A stretch of DNA of 64,000 nucleotides from Trypanosoma brucei (lineage: Eukaryota). The stretch spans positions 224,001 through 288,000 of the forward strand of contig CM000208.1 in assembly GCA_000002445.1 (NCBI GenBank). The letters run 5' to 3'. Positions 37,662-48,365 of this stretch are shown here, one piece after another. The position numbers and the translations under genes were made by a program. Each line of letters starts with the position of its first letter. Position 1 is the stretch's first letter. A model generated the notes under the pieces. It was not told the origin of the DNA. It did not search any database and saw only the letters and a list, made by a program, of their open reading frames with translations.

Positions 37662-40600
37662 ATGCCACGTGGAGGAGTCCGTTCTGATTCACACGTGGCG
37701 GCAGAAAAACCGCCGCGTTTACCTAATGCCGACTATTTCATTGACTCCATCAACCCTGATGATCCATCATCTATAGTTGCAGCTATGCGCTTCCTCATTG
37801 AAATGTCTGCCAACCTTTCGGATCACGGAAACCAAGCAGAAAGCATTAAATGTGCAGAGTCTGTTCTCTTACTGAGACGCGCACATGAGAATGCAGTAGC
37901 ACCACTCATTGGACCGCTCGTTGAAGAGGGGTTGTTACCTCTTTGCAGTGTAGATCACGCCGCAGACATTGTTCTCCGGTGCAACAGCAATGCTGTGAGC
38001 GCCTTTAACCAACGGTGCTTCGACATGGCTGAACTGTTTCTAGGTAAGGCGCTCTTCTTAACTGATAGTCGCACTACCGAGGAGCTGAATTACTTCCCTT
38101 CTGCGGAAGCACGCCGCCTGCGCCTACGTGCCGCCACACTGAACAACCTTGGTTGTATGGAAAAACGCCGTGGAAGATTGGAGGAATCGCTCCGGTATTT
38201 GCGGCAGGCCGTGGATATGGAAGTGGCACTCGACAGGACAACTGGTGGATCACCGTCAACATACCTCAACATGTGCACCGTACTCAACGAACTCCAACGG
38301 CATGACGAGGCGGTTATTGCGGTTGAAAACGCCCTTTCTGCTATGAACGAGCAGATGCTTCGGCAGCAACACAAGCAGCAACTACCAACATGTGCTATGA
38401 TGCTCGTGGTGGGGTTATATAACCTGGGAGTTTCGCTTGAGCTACGTAACCGCAGCGGTGATGTCGAGAGGGCAAAGAATGTATATCAGCAGGCATTGGA
38501 GGCCAGCCGCAAGTATTTTGTTGATCCGGCATGCCCAACAGTAGAAATGGCAATGATGGCAATCCAGCGAATGCACGCAGACCCGGTGTTCAGGGAGGAG
38601 CGACTTGAGAAGGAAAAGAAGGAGCGTGGTAAGACGGCAAAGGGACCACTACCACCTATATCAAAAGCAGCATCCGCGGATCATTTTTCGTCGGCAACAG
38701 AACCGCCGCCGCAACAACAACAAGCTGCACAAGAAACCGCTACGTCAGTTATGTCTGTTATACCAAGCACTCCAACACGCATCTCGTCGGCGTCGAAGGC
38801 GTCGATATTAACCCCGCCCCTTTCTTCGGCCACTCGACCGCAGATGCCCAGAAATATGCTACCGGACCACGAATCGACCAACCGGAAGGGGCCCCCTGAG
38901 CGGTCTGTTGCGCCCGATATGCAGAGGGAGCCCCAAGGAGGGAGTGAAGAAGAGTCCCCGGGACCGCAGGATCCACAATGGTCATCAACGCCAGGTGGAA
39001 GACCGTCGTTTCCACGGACTCAGGCGTCAGCCTGTTCTCCACCATCGCCACAATTCACGCTTTATCGACCGGAAACACGTCTGGAGGCATCTGTTCAAGA
39101 GGAACAACCACCACCTGTAATCGAGATTGAGCCGGAGTCCACCCAACTGTCAGCGCCCGTACCATTACAACTGCTGCCCCAACAGCGGCAAAGCGAGGAA
39201 GCGTGCTTAAACCCTCTTGAGGATGCAAAAGCAGCCCCATGCAGTGAGTCTAGTTCTGCCAAGTCTGCAGCTGCGTTGGTGGCGAAGCCAGGGGTGCCGG
39301 GTCTTATGAAAGTGAACACGCAGGTAACTGAGTGGCGATCCGGGGTAGTCCGCGGTCAGTCGCCGAAGTCTTTGTCCGACGAATTGCGTGCGCAAACGGT
39401 ACCGGAAGTCACGAAGAAGGCCCCCAGCATGGGTTGGTCGGGCTCTTCCCTATTTAGTCGCTTGGAGAGCATGTCGGTTAAGAGCGGTCCCTCTTCGCAG
39501 GATCCTTTCGTGTGCTCAACAACAGCTAAACAAGCTGCCTCAGGACCACTGGGGGCCACAAAGCGGTCGGGCATTAGGCCACTGGTGCTTTCCCCTATTA
39601 GGTCCCAGTCGCTAAAATCGGGAAGCACAGCCAGTGCCGGGGTGTCGGACGGGCAACATCGCATTGCTCTCTCCTCTGTGTTCGAGTCAAAGGATGCGAG
39701 GAAGCTAAGTAAAGGATCTAGTTCCTCTCGGTTAGATACGATGAGTCTCTTTGGTCGACGTCGCTTTGCAAGCATCACATCGCTTGCACCTAAAGACAGT
39801 TCGGAAACGGCTTCGACGAGCCGGCCTATCCTTTCCGCGCAACAGGCTGCCTCAGTGGAAAAGCATCTCATGCGCGCCCAGCTTGGACAGAAAAAGGCAG
39901 AGGAACTACGGGGAAGCCTTTCCGCAGCAGGTCGCAGCGCTGCACTTGCCAGGGCGAAGGAACGAGAGCAAAAGCGTCTAGCCAAAGAGGAGGCCAAAAA
40001 CGACGTCGCATTAGCAGGGGTGCTGTATGAGAAATTTGTTGAGGGAATGCGCACTGATGAACTTAGGCGCTGTCACCGAGCCGCTGTAGCCATTCAGCGT
40101 ATATGGCGTGGTAGCCTCGCGCGCACACTGCTGACAAGGATGGTTATTGCCTCCAAGAAGATTCAAAAAACTTTCCGCATTTACCTCGTGAAGTTACAGG
40201 CCATTAGGCTGGCGGAAAAGGTGATGGAAGAGCGGCGGCAATCCGCACGGTTGAAGAAGGAAATGGAAAATGCCATAATAATTCAGAACCGTGTGCGACA
40301 GTTCCTACGACGACTGGAAATACGGAGGTGCTACCTGGCGCGGAAGATGCGTCACCGAAATGCAGCGTGCCGCATTCAGCGTGGTTTCCGTGCCTTCCTC
40401 AGGTGGCGTGAGGAGCACCTCGCGGCTCTCATTGAGGCTCAGCGAGCTGAGGAAGAGCGAATCTATGAAATGGAGGTACGCGCTGCGCGGCGTATTCAGG
40501 TGGCTTATAGGTGCTACCTGAAGCGAAAAATGGAGTTCCTCTTCGAACAGGAGCAAGAGCGCCGCAAACATGCCGCAGAGGTCATTCAAGCTCGGATGCG

Positions 40601-42932
40601 CGGTGTACTGGCGCGCGCTTGGTTCCGCTACTACAAGGCTTATCACTACGAGCAGGAACTCAAATCGGCAACTAATCAGAAGCGAATCGTGGTGATGCAA
40701 ACAGCTACGAGAGCCCTCCTTTCTTCACGCCTTCGCAGACGGATGGAAATGGACTTACTTTACCAACTCCAACAACAAATCCTGAACAAGTCTGCAACCA
40801 AGATACAGTGCCAGTGGCGCAACCGCTTAGCGCGAATCAAGTTAGATCGATTACGTGCAGAAAAGGCGGTGTTGGAGCGTCGGGTAACGCGTGTTAAGCG
40901 GTGGTACCAGACACGTGTTCTGCGTCGAAGTTTCCTGCAAGTAAGAGAGAACAGGCGCCAAAACGACGCAGCCACCTGCATCGCGCAGTGGTACCGGATG
41001 TGTAAAGTGAGAGAGAAAGAAAGAGAAACTGCACGATACCATGCAATTAAGGCACGTGAGGCTCGTTTGGCGCGTCTTCAGGCAGACTCTGTTGTGCTGC
41101 TACAGGCCAGTTGGCGGGCCCATAACAGTTTCGTCTACGTCAGAAGTGTGCGGAGTTCATTCTTGCGCCTTACGCTCTGCGCGGAGTTCTTTCAGCGTAT
41201 TGCCAGGGGGTTTCAAGGACGAATGGAACTCTTCGCGTATAAGTGTTTTCTCATCCGTCAGGCACAGGAGCGCGTTGAGGCCCAGCGTCGAGCAAGGGCC
41301 GCTTGCGTTGTTCAGCGTGCCTGGAGGTGCGCATTTGCAAAGGATAGGGTGGTGCATATGCGAAGATGTCACGTCGCAGCAACCATGATCTCAAAACACT
41401 ATCGTGCTCGCTTATGTAGAATGGAGCTGCAACGGCTACGGGAGGCCAAGAGGTTCGAAGAGGAGACGGCAGCAGCCATGCGGATACAGAAGGCCGCACG
41501 CCACTTCTTACGCCGTCTGGATTTGCTTCGTCATGAGAATCGTAAAAGGAAGCGGAAGGAGAGGATGTTTATCCTCATGCGCCGCGACGAGGCCGCGACG
41601 ACGCTCCAGGCAATCTGGCGCGGACGAGTAACACGGCGAGTACTTGAAGAGGAAAGGAGAGAATTAGCGGCATTAGAGGTACATATCCGGAAGGTGCAGC
41701 GCGCGTGGCGAACGCATAAATTCCGCTGCGGAATAAATGCGACGGTATTGAAGCATACTGACCTCCGGAAGAGGCGCTCCACAGCGGCGCTCAAGATTCA
41801 ATGCTTCTGGAGGAAAATGGTTGCTGCAGAAAAGGTGGCCGTCCTCCGTCAGTTGCATAGGCGCCGTGTAAAGAATGCAAGAATTATCCAACGGTGGTGG
41901 CGGTGCATGCTGGCGAAAATGGAGTTGGAGGCGCGTAGGTTGAAACGACAAGAGGAAGTAGCGTATCAACTCTATTATATGGAAAGATGGGATGAGGCCG
42001 TTAGTCTCATTAACGCCTTCTTGCAGACAATGCTCTCGCAGCAGCATAGGCTGGTGGTGAAGAGGAAGAGACTACTTGAGCAACTGACGGATAAGGAACG
42101 GGAACGGTACCTCCGCAGACACGCGGCCATTATAAAAATTCAAAGGTTCTACCGCGGACACTACGAGCGTATGTATGCACGTGGGGTTAGGCGAAAGAAG
42201 ATGGAAGAGGAGCAACGCAAACGCGAACAGGAAGCCTTGGAACAGCGAAGCGCTTTGGCTATACAGTGCGCTTATAGGGTGTTTAGGGCGTGTTGTGAAG
42301 TCACAGCACGTCGTAGGGCAAAGAGAGAGAAACAGTTGGCCGAGGAGCTGGAACACTACACGACAATGGATCCACAGGATGTCGTGCGCAACCTGTTCTG
42401 GATGCACGAGTCACATATGAAACGCGACCACATCAGGGGGCGTCTCAATGTCAAGGCGCGAAGCGACAAGGCTGCGGTCGTGATTCAGAGGGTGGTTCGA
42501 CGCTGGCTTGCAGAACTCCGTATGGCTCGCAGAAGGGAGAAGAGCAAAGCACTGAGGGCTGTTGCGATCATTAAAAGCTACTGGAAGAAATACCTTGAGT
42601 GCAAGCGCGCTAATCTGTTAGAAATACAGAGGCGTGCGGCTACGATCATTCAGGCACAGTTTCGGGGCTACATTCACCGATGCGAGTGGGAAGAACGGCG
42701 ACAAGCATCTGAGAAAGAGAAAAGACAACAGGTATTGGGAGAGAATAAGTTCGACGCTACGGCCACCGTTTTGCAGTCCTTCTGGCGTCGCATCACGGCG
42801 CAACGCTTGGTGAACCGGATGCGAGAGGAGCGCATGGAAGAAAAGAACTTCCATGTTACCAATGAGGCGGCCCGTACCATTCAGCAGGTGTATCGGTGTT
42901 ATAGAGAACGCCGCATGAATCAAAATCAATGA
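37662..42932 (+). CDS. Very large IQ-motif-rich protein (1756 aa) with N-terminal TPR-like helices and ~20 IQ calmodulin-binding motifs in the C-terminal half
   Basis: ATG at 37662. The IQ consensus [IVL]QxxxRGxxxR recurs: 'IQRIWRGSLAR', 'IQNRVRQFLRR', 'IQRGFRAFLRW', 'IQVAYRCYLKR', 'IQARMRGVLAR', 'IQCQWRNRLAR', 'VQRAWRCAFAK', 'IQKAARHFLRR', 'LQAIWRGRVTR', 'VQRAWRTHKFR', 'IQCFWRKMVAA', 'IQRWWRCMLAK', 'IQRFYRGHYER', 'IQCAYRVFRAC', 'IQRVVRRWLAE', 'IQAQFRGYIHR', 'LQSFWRRITAQ', 'IQQVYRCYRER'. Confidence 0.7.
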   Translation: MPRGGVRSDSHVAAEKPPRLPNADYFIDSINPDDPSSIVAAMRFLIEMSANLSDHGNQAESIKCAESVLLLRRAHENAVAPLIGPLVEEGLLPLCSVDHAADIVLRCNSNAVSAFNQRCFDMAELFLGKALFLTDSRTTEELNYFPSAEARRLRLRAATLNNLGCMEKRRGRLEESLRYLRQAVDMEVALDRTTGGSPSTYLNMCTVLNELQRHDEAVIAVENALSAMNEQMLRQQHKQQLPTCAMMLVVGLYNLGVSLELRNRSGDVERAKNVYQQALEASRKYFVDPACPTVEMAMMAIQRMHADPVFREERLEKEKKERGKTAKGPLPPISKAASADHFSSATEPPPQQQQAAQETATSVMSVIPSTPTRISSASKASILTPPLSSATRPQMPRNMLPDHESTNRKGPPERSVAPDMQREPQGGSEEESPGPQDPQWSSTPGGRPSFPRTQASACSPPSPQFTLYRPETRLEASVQEEQPPPVIEIEPESTQLSAPVPLQLLPQQRQSEEACLNPLEDAKAAPCSESSSAKSAAALVAKPGVPGLMKVNTQVTEWRSGVVRGQSPKSLSDELRAQTVPEVTKKAPSMGWSGSSLFSRLESMSVKSGPSSQDPFVCSTTAKQAASGPLGATKRSGIRPLVLSPIRSQSLKSGSTASAGVSDGQHRIALSSVFESKDARKLSKGSSSSRLDTMSLFGRRRFASITSLAPKDSSETASTSRPILSAQQAASVEKHLMRAQLGQKKAEELRGSLSAAGRSAALARAKEREQKRLAKEEAKNDVALAGVLYEKFVEGMRTDELRRCHRAAVAIQRIWRGSLARTLLTRMVIASKKIQKTFRIYLVKLQAIRLAEKVMEERRQSARLKKEMENAIIIQNRVRQFLRRLEIRRCYLARKMRHRNAACRIQRGFRAFLRWREEHLAALIEAQRAEEERIYEMEVRAARRIQVAYRCYLKRKMEFLFEQEQERRKHAAEVIQARMRGVLARAWFRYYKAYHYEQELKSATNQKRIVVMQTATRALLSSRLRRRMEMDLLYQLQQQILNKSATKIQCQWRNRLARIKLDRLRAEKAVLERRVTRVKRWYQTRVLRRSFLQVRENRRQNDAATCIAQWYRMCKVREKERETARYHAIKAREARLARLQADSVVLLQASWRAHNSFVYVRSVRSSFLRLTLCAEFFQRIARGFQGRMELFAYKCFLIRQAQERVEAQRRARAACVVQRAWRCAFAKDRVVHMRRCHVAATMISKHYRARLCRMELQRLREAKRFEEETAAAMRIQKAARHFLRRLDLLRHENRKRKRKERMFILMRRDEAATTLQAIWRGRVTRRVLEEERRELAALEVHIRKVQRAWRTHKFRCGINATVLKHTDLRKRRSTAALKIQCFWRKMVAAEKVAVLRQLHRRRVKNARIIQRWWRCMLAKMELEARRLKRQEEVAYQLYYMERWDEAVSLINAFLQTMLSQQHRLVVKRKRLLEQLTDKERERYLRRHAAIIKIQRFYRGHYERMYARGVRRKKMEEEQRKREQEALEQRSALAIQCAYRVFRACCEVTARRRAKREKQLAEELEHYTTMDPQDVVRNLFWMHESHMKRDHIRGRLNVKARSDKAAVVIQRVVRRWLAELRMARRREKSKALRAVAIIKSYWKKYLECKRANLLEIQRRAATIIQAQFRGYIHRCEWEERRQASEKEKRQQVLGENKFDATATVLQSFWRRITAQRLVNRMREERMEEKNFHVTNEAARTIQQVYRCYRERRMNQNQ

Positions 42933-43400
42933 TGTAAACACAGCAGTTAGTTATTATACTAGATGTTTTATTGCAAAATTCACCCTCCCTTCTCTCCCCA
43001 CGATCCGTACATACACTTTCGTCTTTACTTCTTTCCCCTCCATTTGATGTTGCTCCTCTATCTTTGTGAGAGCGGTGGGATGAGGTTGCTTACGTTGTAA
43101 TGCAGTTTTTCTCAACCCCATGTCTGTATGACAGCAGTGCAACGAAGATATGTAAGAGGTATTTTAGAGGACAGAAACACAAACAGCAGCAGCAACGGAG
43201 GGGCTCTAGTGACCACTTGGATGCCTTTCTTCTTTTTTTCTATGTGTGGTGGTCTACCCACCGAAGGGTAGAAGGGAATGTGTATTCCCCTCTCCTCTCT
43301 CTTTTGCCATTGTCCTTATACACATTGTTGTCCCGTGTATTCTCCCCGCATTTCTTTCATCATACATGTAACATGCCATGTCGCGAGCAAGGGTTGGGGT

Positions 43401-45221
43401 ATGGCCGCCGTGGAGCCATACAGACGCTTTGTGTCGATAGAGCTTCCCTTTTGCCTTCCTGTAACGGTGGAAACCAACACCGACGGTACCCATTCCTCAT
43501 GTGCCACGGCCACGGCGGATCGCCACACGGTAGAGGCATTTGTTCCCCCGTCATTCCTTCGACCTTGTATCGACGACATCATACCGACGGCACGGGAGAA
43601 GGCGGAACGTCAGGAAGGAGGTAACGACACCGCGGGAAAGGGTGAACCGAAGGAAATGTTGGGTATTGCAACAACGACGGAATATTGCACGGGGGAAATA
43701 TTCTCAGGGTGGCGGTCGCTGGATTTTGACGCGGATCTGGAGAGTCGTTTGGAGGGAACTGCCGACGGAAACCGTAGCAAGCTGACGACTACGGCAAATG
43801 AAGAAGGGGAGGCAGAAAGAGAACGAATAAGGCGCGAGTCCTTTCCCTCCATTACCCCCCAGCTCTTGCTTCAGGGATTCTTTCGTAATGATCTCCTGGT
43901 GGAGGTGAAACGCACGCGACGGGTTAAACGATTGCGTAATGTGGAGACGGGACGTGTGGTAAAAGAAACTTACGTTGATGGTGGCACTGATCACAAGCAA
44001 ACGGGGGTAACTGTATTAGGTGTTGTGTCACGCGAAGTAGACATTGTTAAACCGGCGGATTTCTGTTTTTCCCCTTTCACGAGCGAAAATATTGAATCAT
44101 TTCCAGAACTGTGCAGTGGGAACATTTTTCCACCAGGTCACTTTATAGGCGAGAAGAGTCCGTTCGAGGTCGCTTTAGTGTATGATTCACACTCGGGGAA
44201 GAGGGACATGGACCGCCTGGATAACACTGCAACATCATTTAACTGCGATGAGGCACCACTGTGGGAGTTTGAGGGCGTTCCCACGCTGACGATGGCAGCA
44301 GGCGACCCAAACATTCCACCGCCACCGAGTCAAGCGCAGATGGATATCCTCCGCCGCCTGAACGAAGGTTTTGATGAGCAAGGCTGCATAGAGGTGCGAG
44401 CCGTGAAGGCGCTCTTGGAAGAGCGTCCGGTATGGGTGACGAAGGACCTCATAGACGCCATTTTCGAAACGGGTGTATGCCCTCGCACACACATAAATAA
44501 AAAGGCTGTGGCGTGCTTGACGTATATCATTAAAAATGGGCCGTTTAATAGGATGCGCATCCGTATGGGGTTCAACCCATATGCCAACCCCAGCTCAGCA
44601 TGCCTGCAAAGAATCGCTGTGAAGATCTGCCGTCGCTCTGAGTTAGGTACATGCCTGCGTGACATTAGTCGCGTTCCCTACATCAATGAGGTGCTGCAAG
44701 AAATACTTGACAGTAAATCCCACAAGCGAGGCTCAGAGGAGGATAGCGGTGCTTTCAAACGGCCAAGTTCGCTGCCATACCGCCCACGGGGAACACTTTT
44801 CGAGAGGCTCGCAAGGGCTATTGGGCTAGGACAACTTTATGTCGCCCTTCAGTTAATTGATGTGAGTGATGACGCCTTTCTACAAGAACTACTTTCAACC
44901 GTCTCCGCAGATGCAGAAATTCCCCTTGAAGACCGTACGTGGCGATGTGGTTGGATAGGTAGTGGGTGTTACCAGCGAGCTATCAATCACATAATTAGTA
45001 CCTTTACAACATTTATTCGAGAAGAGGTAGAACCAGTGCTGCAGAGGAGACGAAGCGGCCAAGAAAACGACCAAGTTGGGGAAAGTGCAGGTGAGCGGTC
45101 TCCGTATGCCTCCTCCACCTCCAGTGTGTCACCAGAGAGTTATGGTGATGATGATAATGAGGACTCACTCGAGAGTGTTAGTCCTGTAGACGATTTGTCC
45201 CAGCATCCAGATGACGGATGA
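43401..45221 (+). CDS. Hypothetical protein (~606 aa) with an acidic C-terminus
   Basis: The track ORF starts at the ATG at 43278, but that lies inside a C/T-rich tract typical of a 5' flank. I prefer the ATG at 43401 ('MAAVEPYRRF'). No confident domain assignment. Confidence 0.5.
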   Translation: MAAVEPYRRFVSIELPFCLPVTVETNTDGTHSSCATATADRHTVEAFVPPSFLRPCIDDIIPTAREKAERQEGGNDTAGKGEPKEMLGIATTTEYCTGEIFSGWRSLDFDADLESRLEGTADGNRSKLTTTANEEGEAERERIRRESFPSITPQLLLQGFFRNDLLVEVKRTRRVKRLRNVETGRVVKETYVDGGTDHKQTGVTVLGVVSREVDIVKPADFCFSPFTSENIESFPELCSGNIFPPGHFIGEKSPFEVALVYDSHSGKRDMDRLDNTATSFNCDEAPLWEFEGVPTLTMAAGDPNIPPPPSQAQMDILRRLNEGFDEQGCIEVRAVKALLEERPVWVTKDLIDAIFETGVCPRTHINKKAVACLTYIIKNGPFNRMRIRMGFNPYANPSSACLQRIAVKICRRSELGTCLRDISRVPYINEVLQEILDSKSHKRGSEEDSGAFKRPSSLPYRPRGTLFERLARAIGLGQLYVALQLIDVSDDAFLQELLSTVSADAEIPLEDRTWRCGWIGSGCYQRAINHIISTFTTFIREEVEPVLQRRRSGQENDQVGESAGERSPYASSTSSVSPESYGDDDNEDSLESVSPVDDLSQHPDDG

Positions 45222-45969
45222 CAATGTCAACTTATGGCATCCTCCACCTTGGTCCCCGGAGGAAAATAACTGTTTAGTTATTTTGTTTAGCTGCATTGTA
45301 CGATTGGCACGGTGTCGCCATTGGTTGGCAAAGTTGATCGGTATCGCCGCATCGTGCACTCAGCGTGCCTACCGTGTGCGGCTAAGGGGTTCTCCTCTGT
45401 GACGGTTGGGGTGGAGAGCGACCGACTTCATTACTGTTATCCATTTTGTCTGCGCAGGCTTCATTCGATGCACCCATGGAAACAGTACGGAGGGGTTAGC
45501 GAAGAGAGCAAACGCAAGATTACAGAATCTTGCCAACCCTCTCCCCAACTTGCCCTCGTGCCCACATGTGGCTGTCAGCAATAGTAGTTGGCACATTTAC
45601 CTGCATTGTTGGAGGGAAAGGAAGAGGAGGCTGTCGATATCCCGCCCTTCCCGTTTGTTTTCCCATATCTCTTGTGAACCGGCACATTGGGTCTCAAACT
45701 GGAATGTAATTTTTTCAGCTGTTCCGCAATGTTGCTGTTGTGACGATCAGTTTGCCTCACGTGCCGTCGCCCCTCATCTTCCCCCCTCCAGTTTCCGTTA
45801 ACATCCTGTTATTTTCGTGCGCGTGAGAGCACGCAAACATACCTGAAGCGAGTGCAATACAAAACGTCTACCAGCCGCTGTTTGTCTTCCCATTTCACAT
45901 TTCATACCTACTAAAACACGTATAATCACGTCTTCACTTTATGAAGTATAGAGTCGCAACGTGCCAAGC

Positions 45970-47124
45970 ATGGCAGCAGTGATGAAATTAGAAAAGTTCT
46001 TCGTTGCAACGCTTATCGTTGCCGTCACGAGGTGCTTCGCAGAGGAAGTGGACACCGTTGCTCCAGGTAAGGCACCACCACAGGACGTAGTAAATACCTT
46101 GTGTGGGGCGAAGCATTTATTAGAAGCAGTAAATAAAAAGGCGGGGACTCTTGCGAGCGAAGTAGAAAAGCATGTCACTGATGCGAAGGCTTCTCTAGAC
46201 GGAACTGTCAAAGCGTCAAAGAGCACGCAGACCTTGTACGAAAAACTGCAGAAGGATGTAATGGATGCGGGCCTTACCGCTGTTGTTGTAGAACGGATGA
46301 AGGGAATTGCCGACGCCGCTGTCGAGGTGGCGGCGAGTGCCGAGGAAGCTTATGAAAAAGTGATACGAACGAATGAAAGTGTTGGGACAGCCGCAGCGGA
46401 GATAGAAACGAGTTCGAACCACTCCGCGAACCTTATCGACAAAATACTAATGGCCACCGCGGGGGTGGAAGATAAGGAAACAGAAGAAGACTTTTGCAGT
46501 GGTGTTGAAAATAAATATGGTGATGGCCTCAAGAATGCGAGTCGGCCGCATTGTCGACTATTTGACAACTGTAAGTTGGACGATATTAATGGCAAGGCAT
46601 GGCAGCCCACGCACATGGAGCTGGTAATCACATACCATGGGATATGTTATCGTCTTGACGCGGTAGAACTGTCTATGGGAATTGCAAAGGACGCGGCTAC
46701 GAAGGCATCGCAGATGAAGACGCGTGCTGAAGAGGGAATGGCGTCAGCTTATCAAGAGTCGATTGTCGTGGCGAGGGAAATTGCCGGGGAGGCGGAGAGA
46801 AAAAGACTACTAGCAGAAAAGGAGCTGGCGGAAACAAGGGAGAAAGCGGCTGCAGATGCCAAAGCTCGGAAAGAAGCGGAGGAAGAAATGAGACGGAGGG
46901 CCGAAAGGGAAAGAGCGGAAAAAGAGGAAGCTGTCGCTAGGGCGGAGCGAATGGAAAAAAAGGGGAAAACAGTAGCCGAAGTTGTGGTGAAGGCTGAACA
47001 TGATCAAAAGGCAAAAGACGGTGCAAGTGACATCAGCAGCCGGAGAATCGGATCCCTATGGAGTCCATTGCGCGACGTTTGGTTAATACTTCCTGCCGCC
47101 TCGCTGTGTTTATGGACTCAATGA
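45970..47124 (+). CDS. Putative secreted/GPI-anchored alpha-helical surface glycoprotein (~384 aa)
   Basis: The track start is a GTG at 45961; ATGs are at 45970 and 45982. The N-terminal signal peptide is 'MAAVMKLEKFFVATLIVAVTRCFA|EE'. The mature part is Ala/Glu/Lys-rich and helical, with ~6 Cys and NxS/T sequons (NES, NHS, NAS). A charged coiled segment precedes the hydrophobic C-terminus 'GSLWSPLRDVWLILPAASLCLWTQ', which is compatible with a GPI-anchor signal. Confidence 0.55.
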   Translation: MAAVMKLEKFFVATLIVAVTRCFAEEVDTVAPGKAPPQDVVNTLCGAKHLLEAVNKKAGTLASEVEKHVTDAKASLDGTVKASKSTQTLYEKLQKDVMDAGLTAVVVERMKGIADAAVEVAASAEEAYEKVIRTNESVGTAAAEIETSSNHSANLIDKILMATAGVEDKETEEDFCSGVENKYGDGLKNASRPHCRLFDNCKLDDINGKAWQPTHMELVITYHGICYRLDAVELSMGIAKDAATKASQMKTRAEEGMASAYQESIVVAREIAGEAERKRLLAEKELAETREKAAADAKARKEAEEEMRRRAERERAEKEEAVARAERMEKKGKTVAEVVVKAEHDQKAKDGASDISSRRIGSLWSPLRDVWLILPAASLCLWTQ

Positions 47125-48365
47125 AAGAAACTTATAGGACTGTTGAAATTCACACGAACACGTCATATGATACGAACTCTACAGTCAAGCGATTTGAATT
47201 GTGCCGCACCTCTCCCGGTGCGTGCCCTCAATATTTCTATTCGTATTCACCTAGCCTTCGTTAAGGGTGAATACGGTAACGTATAATTTTTGCTTTATAA
47301 AGGGAAAATGAAGGGAACTTATTAGTGTGAATAAAGCGGGTGACGGAGGGCTCCCTCAGTGTTTATCCGATTACGATGTGAATGTTATTTGTCTTCCTCA
47401 AGTGAAGTTTGGTGTCGTGATGCAGTTGGAACATGCCATTGGTTGCGCGACATGATGTTTTGCTGCTGTTTCTTTTAAAAGGAAAAAAAACAAAGTATTG
47501 ACAACAACAATAATAATAATAATAGAGTGAATAGATACGCGATGGAAAGGAGGATGGGGGCGGTTGCTGTCATCCCACGCCTAAACACTATGCGCTGTTC
47601 GTCACCTGCATGGTTAACAACCCCGTGACTTATCTCATAACATCCCATTCCGACACAGCATTCGTTCCCGTAAGCGAAGTTTTTTTTCCCCCTTCAATGT
47701 GCTTTTGCGAGGCGATTATCCTTAAGGAAGATCCACGTATGTGTTTATGTATTTTCGTATTCATGAATTTGTGTACTTATATATTCGCACAAGTAAAATG
47801 AAGGAACAACTGTTTTTGTCTCATATTGTTTTCTTTTTTGTTTTGTTTTCAATGGGAGGACGGTTCTCTTCATTGGGGGAAACCCCGTTTGAAATTTTAA
47901 CGGGGAAGCGGTTTAGGGCCAATAAAACCGTCTAATGTTGATGAACTTTCCACACATCAAGAAATTTCGTACCACAATCAGCACCTACCTCTGTTTCTTG
48001 CGTTGCGGTTTGTAAAGTTGCTGGTGACGCAGTAAAGTGGAAATAAATAAATAAACATAAATAAAATTCTGCAGCGCGGAGGGGGAACATATGATTTATT
48101 ATGAAAATGTGTGTTCTCGAATATGAATCTCCCTTTTTATCCTTGTGTGTTTTTGCTATTTTTTCTTTTATTAAGTACCCAACACAGTTGATAGGCTGTT
48201 CGTACCGCTGCGTCCGAAGTAAAAAATTTTTTATTTTTTATTTTTCCTTTGAACAGTAATAACGATAGCAGCAGCTATAGCACCGACCATCACCACTAAT
48301 AATAATATTATTGTTGTTGTTATTGTTGCCGCCCCTTCAAATATTATCGGCATTACGTGTGAATA

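Noticed and set aside
43278-43400. Upstream ATG at 43278 as the start of the 43401 gene (track call)
   Set aside because: The 41 codons between 43278 and 43401 lie in a C/T-rich tract characteristic of the splice-acceptor/5'UTR region and encode an implausible Cys/Pro/His-rich leader. This is uncertain, and the longer form is not excluded.
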